A DNA stretch of 32,255 nt from Solirubrobacterales bacterium (GCA_035566275.1 DATMRN010000212.1:1-32255); one strand, 5' to 3'; positions 23,566 to 31,806 are shown, counted from the stretch's first letter. Numbers and translations: made by a program. Notes: generated by a model from the sequence alone, not told the origin.

Positions 23566-24267
23566 TTAGTTGAGTGAGGAGAGGAAGTCAGCTAGCTCGT
23601 TGAGCTTTTTCGGCGGCAGTTCGCGGAAGGAGGGCATGATACCCGGCCCTATTTCCACCGAGCGGATGATCGCCGCACGCGGGATCCGCCGGGCGATGTG
23701 GGTCAGTTCGGGTCCGGGACCGTTGTTGCCGTTGTCGCCGATTTTGTGGCAGGCGAGGCAGCCCGAGCCGGCGACGACCTCCTTGCCGGCTTGGTATTGA
23801 GGCGCGACCTTGAGGTCGATTTCGGTGGGGGAGCCGGCGACGGCGCCGGAGTAGGTGAGGTAGCCCATCGCGAGGATGGTCAGGACGGCGGCTGTCATCG
23901 CGATCGGCCGCCGCTCCGGCCGCCGCTCCGGCCCGCGGTCGTAGAAGGGCAGGAGGAGGAGGAGGACCATGCAGACGGTCGGGATCCCTATCGTCGCGAT
24001 CGGGACCAGTTCCGGGGGCTTGATCACCCGCAGGACCTCGAAGAGGAAGAAGAAGTACCACTCGGGCCGCGGCACGTAGCTGGTCGTGGTCGGGTCCGCC
24101 TTCGGCCCCTGCTCGGCGCCGAGGACGATCGACATCAGGATGATCACGCCGACGACGATCAGCGCCATCGTCGAGTCCTTCAGCACCGCGTAGGGGAAGA
24201 AGGGCTTCCCCTTCTTCTTGAGCACCTCGTACTCCTCGAGGTACGCCTGCTTGTCGCGTGCCTTCAT
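23566..24267 (-). CDS. qcrC: menaquinol-cytochrome c reductase QcrC-type subunit (cytochrome b subunit IV fused to a mono-haem cytochrome c)
   Basis: This is the C-terminal 233 codons of track ORF 23566..24738. ATG 24267 forms ATGA with the qcrB stop (24264-24267). It contains the PEWYFFFLFEVLR subunit-IV motif, three TM segments, then CLACH haem-c binding and a distal MPSF. Confidence 0.85.
   Translation of the reverse strand: MKARDKQAYLEEYEVLKKKGKPFFPYAVLKDSTMALIVVGVIILMSIVLGAEQGPKADPTTTSYVPRPEWYFFFLFEVLRVIKPPELVPIATIGIPTVCMVLLLLLPFYDRGPERRPERRPIAMTAAVLTILAMGYLTYSGAVAGSPTEIDLKVAPQYQAGKEVVAGSGCLACHKIGDNGNNGPGPELTHIARRIPRAAIIRSVEIGPGIMPSFRELPPKKLNELADFLSSLN
23905..23928. repeat. perfect 12-nt tandem duplication (CGGCCGCCGCTC x2 plus a partial third copy) inside qcrC
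   Basis: Copy 1 is at 23905-23916 and copy 2 at 23917-23928, followed by CGGCC. The duplication is in frame and encodes PERRPERRP in the loop after the subunit-IV helices. Confidence 0.9.
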
Positions 24268-25157
24268 CGGGCTGGAGACGCTCCGTTGCCCCCGACCCCG
24301 GCGTCGAGCTGGGAGACCGGCTCGGCGACCTTCGGCCGCTCCGCCCTGACCCACGGCGGCGCCGTGGTGCCGAGCTTGACGACCAGGTAGAGGTGGGCGC
24401 CGATCAGGGCGATGATCGCGCCGGGGAGGAGCAGCATGTGGATCGAGTAGAAGCGGGCCAGAGTCGTCGCGCCGAACTCGGGCCCGGCGCGCAGGAAGTC
24501 GCTCAGGTAGGGGCCGACGATCGGCCCGGTCCCGTTGATGTTGATGCCGACGACCGAGGCCCAGAAGGAGCGCTGGTCGAAGGGCAGCAGGTAGCCGGTG
24601 AAGGCCATCGTCATGGTCAGGATCAGCAGCACGACCCCGATCACCCAGTTCAGCTCGCGCGGGTACTTGTAGGCGCCGAAGAAGAAGGTGCGGCCCATGT
24701 GGACGAAGACGAGGATGACCATCACGCTCGCCCCCCACTTGTGCATCCCGTGCACGAACTGGCCGAGGAAGACGTCGTTGTTGATGTGGGAGATCGAGGC
24801 GTAGGCCTGGGTCGCCGAGGGCGTGTAGAACATCGCCAGGAAGACGCCGGTGACCGCCTGCACGATGAAGGCGAAGAGGGTGGCGGAGCCGAGCGTGTAG
24901 AACCAGTTGGTCCCCTTCGGCACCTTGCGGTAGAGCATCCCGGTGAGGAAGCCGGTGGCGCCGGTGCGCTGGTCGACCCAGGCGAGCACGTCGGCGGGGG
25001 CTTCCTTGGCTTTGTCGCCGAGCCGCTGGACGTCGGTCGGGCGCTCGGGCGGGGAGGTCTTGAGGTCGGCCGGCGCCCGGCCCTTGCCGTTGCCGCCCTC
25101 GCCCGGCTTGGCCGGCTTGCGGAGGGGGGCGGGAACGATCGAGCCTGGGATCTTCAT
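24264..25157 (-). CDS. qcrB: cytochrome b6-type subunit (N-terminal four-helix half of cytochrome b)
   Basis: 297 aa. WFYTLGSATLFAFIVQAVTGVFLAMFY, FVHGMHKWGASVMVILVFVHMGRTFFFGAY and TGYLLPFDQRSFWA motifs carry the haem-ligand His pairs. There is a ~60-aa Lys/Pro-rich N-terminal extension. Confidence 0.93.
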   Translation of the reverse strand: MKIPGSIVPAPLRKPAKPGEGGNGKGRAPADLKTSPPERPTDVQRLGDKAKEAPADVLAWVDQRTGATGFLTGMLYRKVPKGTNWFYTLGSATLFAFIVQAVTGVFLAMFYTPSATQAYASISHINNDVFLGQFVHGMHKWGASVMVILVFVHMGRTFFFGAYKYPRELNWVIGVVLLILTMTMAFTGYLLPFDQRSFWASVVGININGTGPIVGPYLSDFLRAGPEFGATTLARFYSIHMLLLPGAIIALIGAHLYLVVKLGTTAPPWVRAERPKVAEPVSQLDAGVGGNGASPAR

Positions 25158-25166
25158 CGTGGTCGC

Positions 25167-25841
25167 CTAGGGAGCCGGGAAGGTGTCGGGGCGCGGCGGG
25201 TAGAGGTATTCCCAGACGCCGCCGGTGAACTCGCCGGGGTCGCGGGCGCGAACCGGTTCGAGCTGGTTGGTGACGCTGTAGCGGGGACCGACCTCCACCT
25301 GGCCGTTGCGGATGCGGGTCTGGAAATGGTCGAGCGGGCGCACCGGCGGGCCACCGATCCGCTTGCCCTGGAAGTCGTAGACGCCGCCGTGACAGGGGCA
25401 GATGAAGTTGCCTGCAGCCTGGACGAAGCGGACCGGGCAGCCGAGGTGGGCGCAGCGGTTGGAGACCGCGATCATCTGCTTCGGGTTCTCGCCCAGTTTG
25501 GCGGAGCCCTTGCGGATGTAGGCCGTCGTCTTGCCGGCGTCGCCGATCCCCTCCGTTTCGGTGAAGACGACCTGGCGGTAGGTGTCTTCGACGAAGTCGC
25601 GAACCGGGCCGATCGCCTCCCAGCGTTCCTTGCCGCGGTGGAAGATCGGAGCGACGGCGAAGCCGACCGCGGGCAGGACGATGGCGAGCCCGGCGACGCC
25701 GCCGATGCCCTGGGCGGCGATCGTGAAAGCGCGGCGGCGGGTCATCGACTCGCCCTCGAAGTAGCCGGGCGGGTCGGGCTTGGCCCGCTGCTGTTGGGGG
25801 GTCTCTTCGGCCCCGCTCATCTTGTCCATCTCGTCAGCCAC
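25167..25841 (-). CDS. qcrA: Rieske 2Fe-2S subunit
   Basis: 224 aa. Twin-arginine signal TRRRAFTIAAQG. Rieske boxes CAHLGCP and CPCHGG. The start may be GTG 25841, or ATG 25829 or 25820. Confidence 0.93.
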   Translation of the reverse strand: MADEMDKMSGAEETPQQQRAKPDPPGYFEGESMTRRRAFTIAAQGIGGVAGLAIVLPAVGFAVAPIFHRGKERWEAIGPVRDFVEDTYRQVVFTETEGIGDAGKTTAYIRKGSAKLGENPKQMIAVSNRCAHLGCPVRFVQAAGNFICPCHGGVYDFQGKRIGGPPVRPLDHFQTRIRNGQVEVGPRYSVTNQLEPVRARDPGEFTGGVWEYLYPPRPDTFPAP

Positions 25842-25865
25842 AGCTCGTCTTCGGAACCGCGAAGT

Positions 25866-26360
25866 CTATTGACTCGCGCTGCCACGAGGTCCCCCTGCTC
25901 GCAGCGCCAGCTTGGCCGCCTCGTGGGCCTCGCTCGGGCCCTCCCCCACCGCGGTCGCCGAGGCTCGCCAGAGGCCCGTGGCACTGGTAGCACGGCCCTC
26001 GGCGTGGAGCTGGGCGCAGAGGCTGATCAGGTCCGCCAGCTCGCGGACGGCGGCGGAGTCTCCGAGGGCGGCGAGGCGCTCGATGCCGAGCGCGTAGAGG
26101 TAGTCGCCGGCGAGCAGGGCGAGGTCCGGGTCGTGGCCGGCGAGCAGGCGCGGCTCGCCGTAGTGGAGGAGGTAGCCCTCGCGGACCGACTCGACGAGAA
26201 GGGAGTACTCGGCGGGCGCCGCCGCGGCGCGGGGGCCGGCGGCGGCGAGCGGGCCGAAGACCGGCTCCTCGGTGGGCTCGACGACGTGTGGGGAGATCGG
26301 GGTGTCTTCGTCACGGAGCTGGGCGGCGAGGACGTGGAGGGCGCCGGCGGGCTGGTTCAC
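25866..26360 (-). CDS. hypothetical protein, translationally coupled to hemL
   Basis: Track ORF 25866..26444. Preferred start is GTG 26360, which forms GTGA with the hemL stop (26357-26360), giving 164 aa. It contains LLAGDYLYALGIERLAALGD but no DDxxD. No family confidently recognised. Confidence 0.5.
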   Translation of the reverse strand: MNQPAGALHVLAAQLRDEDTPISPHVVEPTEEPVFGPLAAAGPRAAAAPAEYSLLVESVREGYLLHYGEPRLLAGHDPDLALLAGDYLYALGIERLAALGDSAAVRELADLISLCAQLHAEGRATSATGLWRASATAVGEGPSEAHEAAKLALRAGGPRGSASQ

Positions 26361-27655
26361 GCAAGCGCTCCCTCGAGGGACTCCCCAGCGGCTTCGAGGG
26401 TGCGGCGGATCGACTCCTCGTCGTGGGCGAGCGAGACGAACCAAGCCTCGAACTGGGAGGGCGGCGGGTAGACGCCGCGGTCGAGCATGGCGCGGCAGAA
26501 GCGGGCGTGGGCCTCGATGTCACAGGCCCGCGCGGCGGCGAAGTCGGCGATCGGGCGCTCGCTGAAGAAGAGGGTGAGGAGCCCCGGAGCGGAGGCGACC
26601 TGGAGAGGACGGCCCCGGGCCAGCTCGGCAAGACCCGCGGCGAAGCGGTCGGTCAGCTCACCGAGGCGGTCGTAGGCGCCGGCGTCCAGCTCGCGCAGGG
26701 TCGCGAGCCCGGCGGCGACCGCCAGCGGATTGCCCGAGAGAGTGCCCGCCTGGTAGACGTCGCCGGCCGGGGCGACGCGCTCGATCAGCTCCCGTCGCCC
26801 GGCGAAGGCGGCCGCCGGCAGGCCGCCGCCCAGCACCTTGCCGAGGACGGTCAGGTCGGGCTCGACCCCATAGAGCTCCTGGGCGCCGCCGCGAGCGACG
26901 CGGAAGCCGGTGATCACCTCGTCGAAGACGAGCAGGGCGCCGGCAGCGGCCGTCGCCTCGCGGAGGAACTCGAGGAAGCCGCCGGTGGGTGGGACGACGC
27001 CCATGTTCGCGGCAACCGGCTCGGCGAGCAGGGCGGCGACCGGGTGCTCGGCGAGGGCGCGGGAGACCGCCTCGCGATCGTTCCAGGGAACGACGACGGT
27101 GGAGGCGGTCTGGGCGGCGGTGACGCCGGGGCTCGCCGGGATGCCCAGCGTCGCCAGGCCGGAGCCGGCGTCGGCGAGCAGCCCGTCGGAGTGGCCGTGG
27201 TAGGCGCCGGCGAACTTGACGACGACCTCGCGGCCGGTGGCGGCGCGGGCGAGGCGGACGGCGCTCATCGCCGCCTCGGTCCCGGAGGAGGTCATGCGCA
27301 TCATCTCGACCGAGGGGACGCGGGCGGCGACCTCCTCGGCCAGCTCGACCTCTCCCTCGGTCGCGGCGCCGTAGCTGGTCCCCCGGGCGACCGCCTCGGT
27401 GACGGCGGAGACGACGGCCGGATGTGCGTGGCCGAGGATCAGCGGTCCCCAGGAGCCGACCCAGTCGAGGTAGCGGTTGCCGTCGACGTCGACCAGCTCG
27501 CACCCTTCGCCGCGCTCGATGAAGACCGGCTCCCGCCCGATCTGCCGCATGGCGCGAACCGGGCTGTTGACACCACCGGGCAGTACCCGCAGCGCCCGCT
27601 GGTACAGCTCAGCGGACCGCTCGCTACTGGGAATGCTCAGCCTCCCAGGCGGCAT
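26357..27655 (-). CDS. hemL: glutamate-1-semialdehyde 2,1-aminomutase
   Basis: This is the C-terminal 432 codons of track ORF 26357..27829. ATG 27655 gives MPPGRLSIPSSERSAELYQRALRVLPGGVNSPVRAMRQIG, the canonical HemL N-terminus. The aminotransferase class III body includes LVFDEVITGFR and a PLP-Lys region (LTVLGKVLGGG). Confidence 0.95.
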   Translation of the reverse strand: MPPGRLSIPSSERSAELYQRALRVLPGGVNSPVRAMRQIGREPVFIERGEGCELVDVDGNRYLDWVGSWGPLILGHAHPAVVSAVTEAVARGTSYGAATEGEVELAEEVAARVPSVEMMRMTSSGTEAAMSAVRLARAATGREVVVKFAGAYHGHSDGLLADAGSGLATLGIPASPGVTAAQTASTVVVPWNDREAVSRALAEHPVAALLAEPVAANMGVVPPTGGFLEFLREATAAAGALLVFDEVITGFRVARGGAQELYGVEPDLTVLGKVLGGGLPAAAFAGRRELIERVAPAGDVYQAGTLSGNPLAVAAGLATLRELDAGAYDRLGELTDRFAAGLAELARGRPLQVASAPGLLTLFFSERPIADFAAARACDIEAHARFCRAMLDRGVYPPPSQFEAWFVSLAHDEESIRRTLEAAGESLEGALA

Positions 27656-28721
27656 AGTCGTCCGTGAAGTAATGCAAACGGATCTTCTTGTACTCGGTCG
27701 AGGAGTAGAGGGTGGCGCGGTCCTCTGGGCCCATTCCGCACTCCACGGCGATCGAGTCGAGGATCGCGTCGCACTCTTCCTTGGAGCGGCCGTGGGCCAT
27801 GGTGAAGACGCTGTAGGGCCAGTCCTCATACGTGGGGCGCTGGTAGCAATGGGAGATGCCGCGAAAAGAGGCCATACGAGCGCCCACCTCCACGATCTCG
27901 TCCTCGGGAACCTTCCAGACGCCCATCCCGTTGGCCGAGAAGCCGGCGCGGCGGTGGAAGAGGATGGCGGCGACGCGGCGCAGGATCTTGCGGTCGACCA
28001 TGCCGCGCAGGTGCTCGAGCAGGTCGTCGGTGCTCATCCTCAGCTCGGCCGCGGCCTCGTCGTAGGGGCGGTCGATCGCGGCCATGGGGCCCTGGAGAGC
28101 CCGGATCGCGGCGATGTCGCGCTCGTCGTAGGGCTGGGCGTCCAGCTCGCGCGGCGGCGACGCGTCGACCGCGGCGGCGAGCGCGTCGGTTCCCTTCTCC
28201 ATCTCCAGGTTCATGTTGATCTTGAAGAGCGTAAGGGTGGGCAGCTGCCGCATCGACTCGGCCCCGGTCTCGCGCATCAGCAGGTCGAGGGTGCCGGCCA
28301 GGCCCAGCTCGGAGTCGGGCGGGGTGGCGATCGTGAACCAGAGGTTGAAGTCGTGGGTGCGCAGGTAGTTGTGGGAGACGCCTGGGTGGGAGTTGACGAT
28401 CGCGGCGGCGCGCTGGGGATGCTCGGAGTCGACTTTGGCCGCGACCAGCATCGATTCGTAGCCGAGCGCCCGGGTGTCGAAGATGGGAGTGATCTCGCGG
28501 ATGATCCGCTCGTCGAGCAGACGCCGAGTGCGGGCGAGCACGTCGGCCGGCTCCAGCTCGGCCTCCGAGGCGAGAAGCGCAAAGGGCTCGGGGTCGAGCG
28601 GGAAGCTCGACTGGAGCAGGTTCATCAGCCGCTTGTCGGTCTCATCCAGCGGGATCGCGGCGCCGTCCTTGCGGGAGCGGGCCTTCGACTGGGGAATCTT
28701 CGGCGTGCCTATTGAAGCCAC
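27624..28721 (-). CDS. fused AhbA/AhbB (NirD/L/G/H-like) siroheme decarboxylase homologue, Lrp/AsnC fold
   Basis: Two tandem modules. Module 1: LDETDKRLMNLLQ...GVSHNYLRTHDFNLWFTIA...LFKINMNL. Module 2: DERDIAAIRALQ...GMGVWKVPED...GISHCYQRPTYEDWPYSVFTMAHG...EYKKIRLHYF. The start is taken as GTG 28721, with GGAGG 7 nt upstream. It overlaps the hemB end by 13 nt and the hemL start by 32 nt. Confidence 0.8.
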   Translation of the reverse strand: MASIGTPKIPQSKARSRKDGAAIPLDETDKRLMNLLQSSFPLDPEPFALLASEAELEPADVLARTRRLLDERIIREITPIFDTRALGYESMLVAAKVDSEHPQRAAAIVNSHPGVSHNYLRTHDFNLWFTIATPPDSELGLAGTLDLLMRETGAESMRQLPTLTLFKINMNLEMEKGTDALAAAVDASPPRELDAQPYDERDIAAIRALQGPMAAIDRPYDEAAAELRMSTDDLLEHLRGMVDRKILRRVAAILFHRRAGFSANGMGVWKVPEDEIVEVGARMASFRGISHCYQRPTYEDWPYSVFTMAHGRSKEECDAILDSIAVECGMGPEDRATLYSSTEYKKIRLHYFTDDYAAWEAEHSQ

Positions 28722-29680
28722 CCTGCGGCCTCCTTCGCGTAGTAGGTGACGATCGCGTCGGCGCCCGCGCGGCGGATCGAGGTCAGCGTCTCCAGCACCG
28801 CGGCCCGCTCGTCGATCCATCCGTTGGCGGCGGCGGCCTTCAGCATCGAGTACTCGCCGGAGACGTGGTAGGCGGCGACCGGCGCCCCGGTCTCCTCCTT
28901 GACGCGGCGGACGACGTCGAGGTACGGCGTGGCGGGCTTGACCATCAGCATGTCGGCGCCCTCTTCGAGGTCGAGGACAGCCTCGCGGACCGCCTCGGCG
29001 GCGTTGGCCGGATCCATCTGGTAGCCGCGGCGGTCGCCGAACTCGGGGGTCGACTCCGCGGCCTCGCGGAAGGGGCCGTAGAAGGCGGAGGCGTACTTGG
29101 CGCTGTAGGCGACGATCGGCACGCCGGAGTGGCCCTCCTCGTCAAGCTGGAAGCGGATCGTCCCGACTCGCCCGTCCATCATGTCGCTCGGCGCGACCGC
29201 GTCGGCGCCGGCCTCGGCATGGGAGATCGCGGCCTTGGCCAGCAGCTCGACGGTGATGTCGTTGTCGACCTCGCCGTCGCGGACGAAGCCGCAGTGGCCG
29301 TGCGACGTGTACTCGCAGAGGCAGACGTCGGTGATCACCAGCAGCTCGGGGTGCGCCTGCTTCAGGGCGCGGACCGCCATCTGGACGATTCCCTCGTCGT
29401 CGTAGGCGCCGCTGCCGCTCTCGTCCTTGGCGGAGGGGATGCCGAAGAGAAGGATCGCGCCGATGCCCGAGGCGACGAGCTCCGTGGCCTCGGCCACCAG
29501 CTCGGAGATCGAGAAGCGCTCGATGCCGGGCATCGAGTCGACCGGCTCCCTGACTCCCTCCCTGGCCACTACGAAGGCGGGTTGGATCAGGTTGGCCGGG
29601 GACAGAGTGGTCTCGCGGACCAGGGCGCGGAGGGGCTCGGTACGGCGAAGACGCCGTAGGCGTGTTGCCGGGAAAGGCAT
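28709..29680 (-). CDS. hemB: porphobilinogen synthase (delta-aminolevulinate dehydratase), Zn-type
   Basis: 323 aa. RLRRLRR near the N-terminus, the Cys-rich metal site DVCLCEYTSHGHCG, and active-site Lys regions (MVKPA). Confidence 0.96.
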   Translation of the reverse strand: MPFPATRLRRLRRTEPLRALVRETTLSPANLIQPAFVVAREGVREPVDSMPGIERFSISELVAEATELVASGIGAILLFGIPSAKDESGSGAYDDEGIVQMAVRALKQAHPELLVITDVCLCEYTSHGHCGFVRDGEVDNDITVELLAKAAISHAEAGADAVAPSDMMDGRVGTIRFQLDEEGHSGVPIVAYSAKYASAFYGPFREAAESTPEFGDRRGYQMDPANAAEAVREAVLDLEEGADMLMVKPATPYLDVVRRVKEETGAPVAAYHVSGEYSMLKAAAANGWIDERAAVLETLTSIRRAGADAIVTYYAKEAAGWLQ

Positions 29681-29713
29681 CCTGCCGATTCTAGGCCGGG
29701 TAGCGTTCCGGCG

Positions 29714-30451
29714 ATGTCAGCGGGGATCGGAACAGAGGCCGCGGCGCTCGAGGCGCGGGGGCTGGCCAAGCGCTACGGGGAACAGGCTGCGTTGCGAGGG
29801 GTCGACTTCGTTACCCAGCCGGGGGAGCTGCTGGCGGTTATTGGGCCCAATGGGGCTGGAAAGACAACTTTGCTTTCGATCTTGGCCGGGATCCTCAAGC
29901 CCGACGATGGAGAGATTCACCTGCCTCAGGGAGAGGTCGGGTGGGTTCCGCAGCAGGCGGCTCTCTACCGGCGACTGACTGTTGAGGAGAACTTGCTGCT
30001 GTTCGCTCGGTTGGAGGGGCACGAGGATCCGCGGGCTTCGGTCGAGGAGATGCTCGAGCTGAGCGGGCTTGGGGAGCGGCGGCGGGAGATCGTTGCTCGG
30101 CTCTCTGGAGGGAACCAGCAGCGGATCAACATTGCGATCGGACTCCTCTCTCGGCCAGTTGTGTTGCTGCTCGATGAGCCCAGCGTCGGCCTCGACCCGC
30201 GTCAGCGAGCGCGGCTATGGGAGTTCGTGGCGGGGCTGGCTGGGGGAGGGACGACGGTGATCTTCTCTACCCATGACATTCAGGAGGCGGAGCGATATGG
30301 GGAGCGGCTGCTCGTGCTTGCGGATGGCGAGGCGCTCTTCGATGGCACGCCGGATGCCCTTCGGGAAGCGGTTCGGCGAGAGGCTCCAGAGGCCGCCGAC
30401 AGGGACTTCGAGACCGCGTTCGTCGCCTACCTCCACCATCGGGGGCACTGA
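29714..30451 (+). CDS. ABC transporter ATP-binding protein (ABC-2/DrrA-like)
   Basis: 245 aa. Walker A GPNGAGKTT, signature LSGGNQQR and Walker B LLLDEPSVGLD. Confidence 0.93.
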   Translation: MSAGIGTEAAALEARGLAKRYGEQAALRGVDFVTQPGELLAVIGPNGAGKTTLLSILAGILKPDDGEIHLPQGEVGWVPQQAALYRRLTVEENLLLFARLEGHEDPRASVEEMLELSGLGERRREIVARLSGGNQQRINIAIGLLSRPVVLLLDEPSVGLDPRQRARLWEFVAGLAGGGTTVIFSTHDIQEAERYGERLLVLADGEALFDGTPDALREAVRREAPEAADRDFETAFVAYLHHRGH

Positions 30452-30453
30452 CG

Positions 30454-31806
30454 GTGCGCTGGCTGCTGTTGAAGGACCTGCAGATCCTGCGGCGCTCGCC
30501 GCTGCAGGCGTTCCTGCTCGTCGCCTACCCGGTCCTGATCGCGATCCTGGTCGGCTTCGCGATCTCCCGCGGGCCCGAGAAGCCACGGGTCGCCTTCCTC
30601 AACGAAGTCCCCGCCGGCACCCGGGTCAGCGTCGGCGGTCAGCAGTTGCCGGCGGCCGGGGTCGGCAACCGCATCTGCGCGCGGGTCGAGTGCGTCCCCG
30701 TCAAGGGCCGGGCCGAAGCGGTAGGCGAGGTCCGCTCCGGTGACGTGCTGGCGGCGCTGATCCTCCCCGCCGACCTGGTCGACCAGATCAACTCGCTCTC
30801 GACTCTCACCCCAGGCACGCCCAAGGTCGAAGTGCTGGTCAACGAGGAAGACCCGGTCAAGGCGCAGCTCGTCGACGAACGCATCTCCACCCTGTTGGCG
30901 CAGGCGAACCTGGCGATCGCGCGCCGCATCGCTGCCGAAGGCGGCCACTACCTCAACCTCCTCATCGACGGCGGCAACTTCAACGCGCTCGGCCAGACGA
31001 TCCACATCCTTGGCCTCCGCGTCAGCGCCCAGATCCTGACGGCGCTGGGCCCGGCGCTGCCGGCCGGCCCGTTGCGCAGCTCGCTCGAGCAGGTGACCAA
31101 CTTCGCCGGACAGGCCCGCGACAACCTCAACGTCGCCGGGCCCCTGATCGAACGACTGGCGCAACCGATCGAGGTCAAGAAGGACGTGGTCAGCGGTTCG
31201 ACGCCGCCGCTGGAAATCTTCGCGATCGCCGTCGCCGCGACGCTGACCCTGGCCTTCGTCACCGTGCTGCTGGTGGCGGGGTCGCTCGCCCTCGAGCGGG
31301 AGGAGAACGCCTTCTCGAGGCTGACCCGTGGATTGGTGTCTCCGGCGGGCCTGCTCGGCGAGAAGGTCGTCCTCGGGATGGGCGTGGGATTAGTCGTGAC
31401 GCTGCTGATGCTCGCCGGGCTGCAGATCTTCGTGCCGCTGCACTGGAGCCGCTTCGGCCTCTGGCTGCTGGCGATCCTCGCCGGGGGCGGGGCGCTGGCC
31501 GCCGCCGGGGCGGCGCTCGGCGCCGCGGCGCGCGAGGTTCGCGCCGTCTCCCTGCTCGCCTTCATGGTCACCCTGCCTGTCGCCTTCCTCTCGCTGGTCC
31601 CCTCGGGGACGGTCGGGCCTGGCCTCTACGACGCGATCAAGCTGATAACCGCCCTCTTCCCCTTCAAGCCGGCGTTGCAGGCGATGACCGCGGCGCTCGA
31701 TTCGGCGGGGCCGGGGATCGGCGGTCCGCTACTGCACCTGGTCGTTCTGATTGCCGCCTATGGGCTGATCGCTCGATTCGCATTGCGGCGGTTCGCTTCC
31801 GTCTGA
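30454..31806 (+). CDS. ABC-2-type permease with a large extracytoplasmic loop
   Basis: 450 aa. The GTG start is 2 nt after the ATPase stop. One N-terminal TM (FLLVAYPVLIAILVGFAI), a ~210-aa soluble loop, then five C-terminal TM segments. Confidence 0.85.
   Translation: MRWLLLKDLQILRRSPLQAFLLVAYPVLIAILVGFAISRGPEKPRVAFLNEVPAGTRVSVGGQQLPAAGVGNRICARVECVPVKGRAEAVGEVRSGDVLAALILPADLVDQINSLSTLTPGTPKVEVLVNEEDPVKAQLVDERISTLLAQANLAIARRIAAEGGHYLNLLIDGGNFNALGQTIHILGLRVSAQILTALGPALPAGPLRSSLEQVTNFAGQARDNLNVAGPLIERLAQPIEVKKDVVSGSTPPLEIFAIAVAATLTLAFVTVLLVAGSLALEREENAFSRLTRGLVSPAGLLGEKVVLGMGVGLVVTLLMLAGLQIFVPLHWSRFGLWLLAILAGGGALAAAGAALGAAAREVRAVSLLAFMVTLPVAFLSLVPSGTVGPGLYDAIKLITALFPFKPALQAMTAALDSAGPGIGGPLLHLVVLIAAYGLIARFALRRFASV

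Noticed and set aside
24268-24738. N-terminal 157 codons of track ORF 23566..24738
   Set aside because: This part overlaps qcrB in another frame and is Arg/Pro-rich. The biologically sensible start is ATG 24267, coupled (ATGA) to the qcrB stop.
24258-26471. 737-aa plus-strand ORF. Similar plus-strand ORFs occur at 26288..27667, 27477..28715 and 28712..29659.
   Set aside because: They are antisense to qcrB, qcrA, hemL, ahbAB and hemB, all of which have strong signatures. Their compositions are typical mirror-frame artefacts.
27656-27829. N-terminal 58 codons of track ORF 26357..27829
   Set aside because: This part overlaps the 3-prime end of the ahbAB-like gene. The canonical HemL N-terminus begins at ATG 27655.
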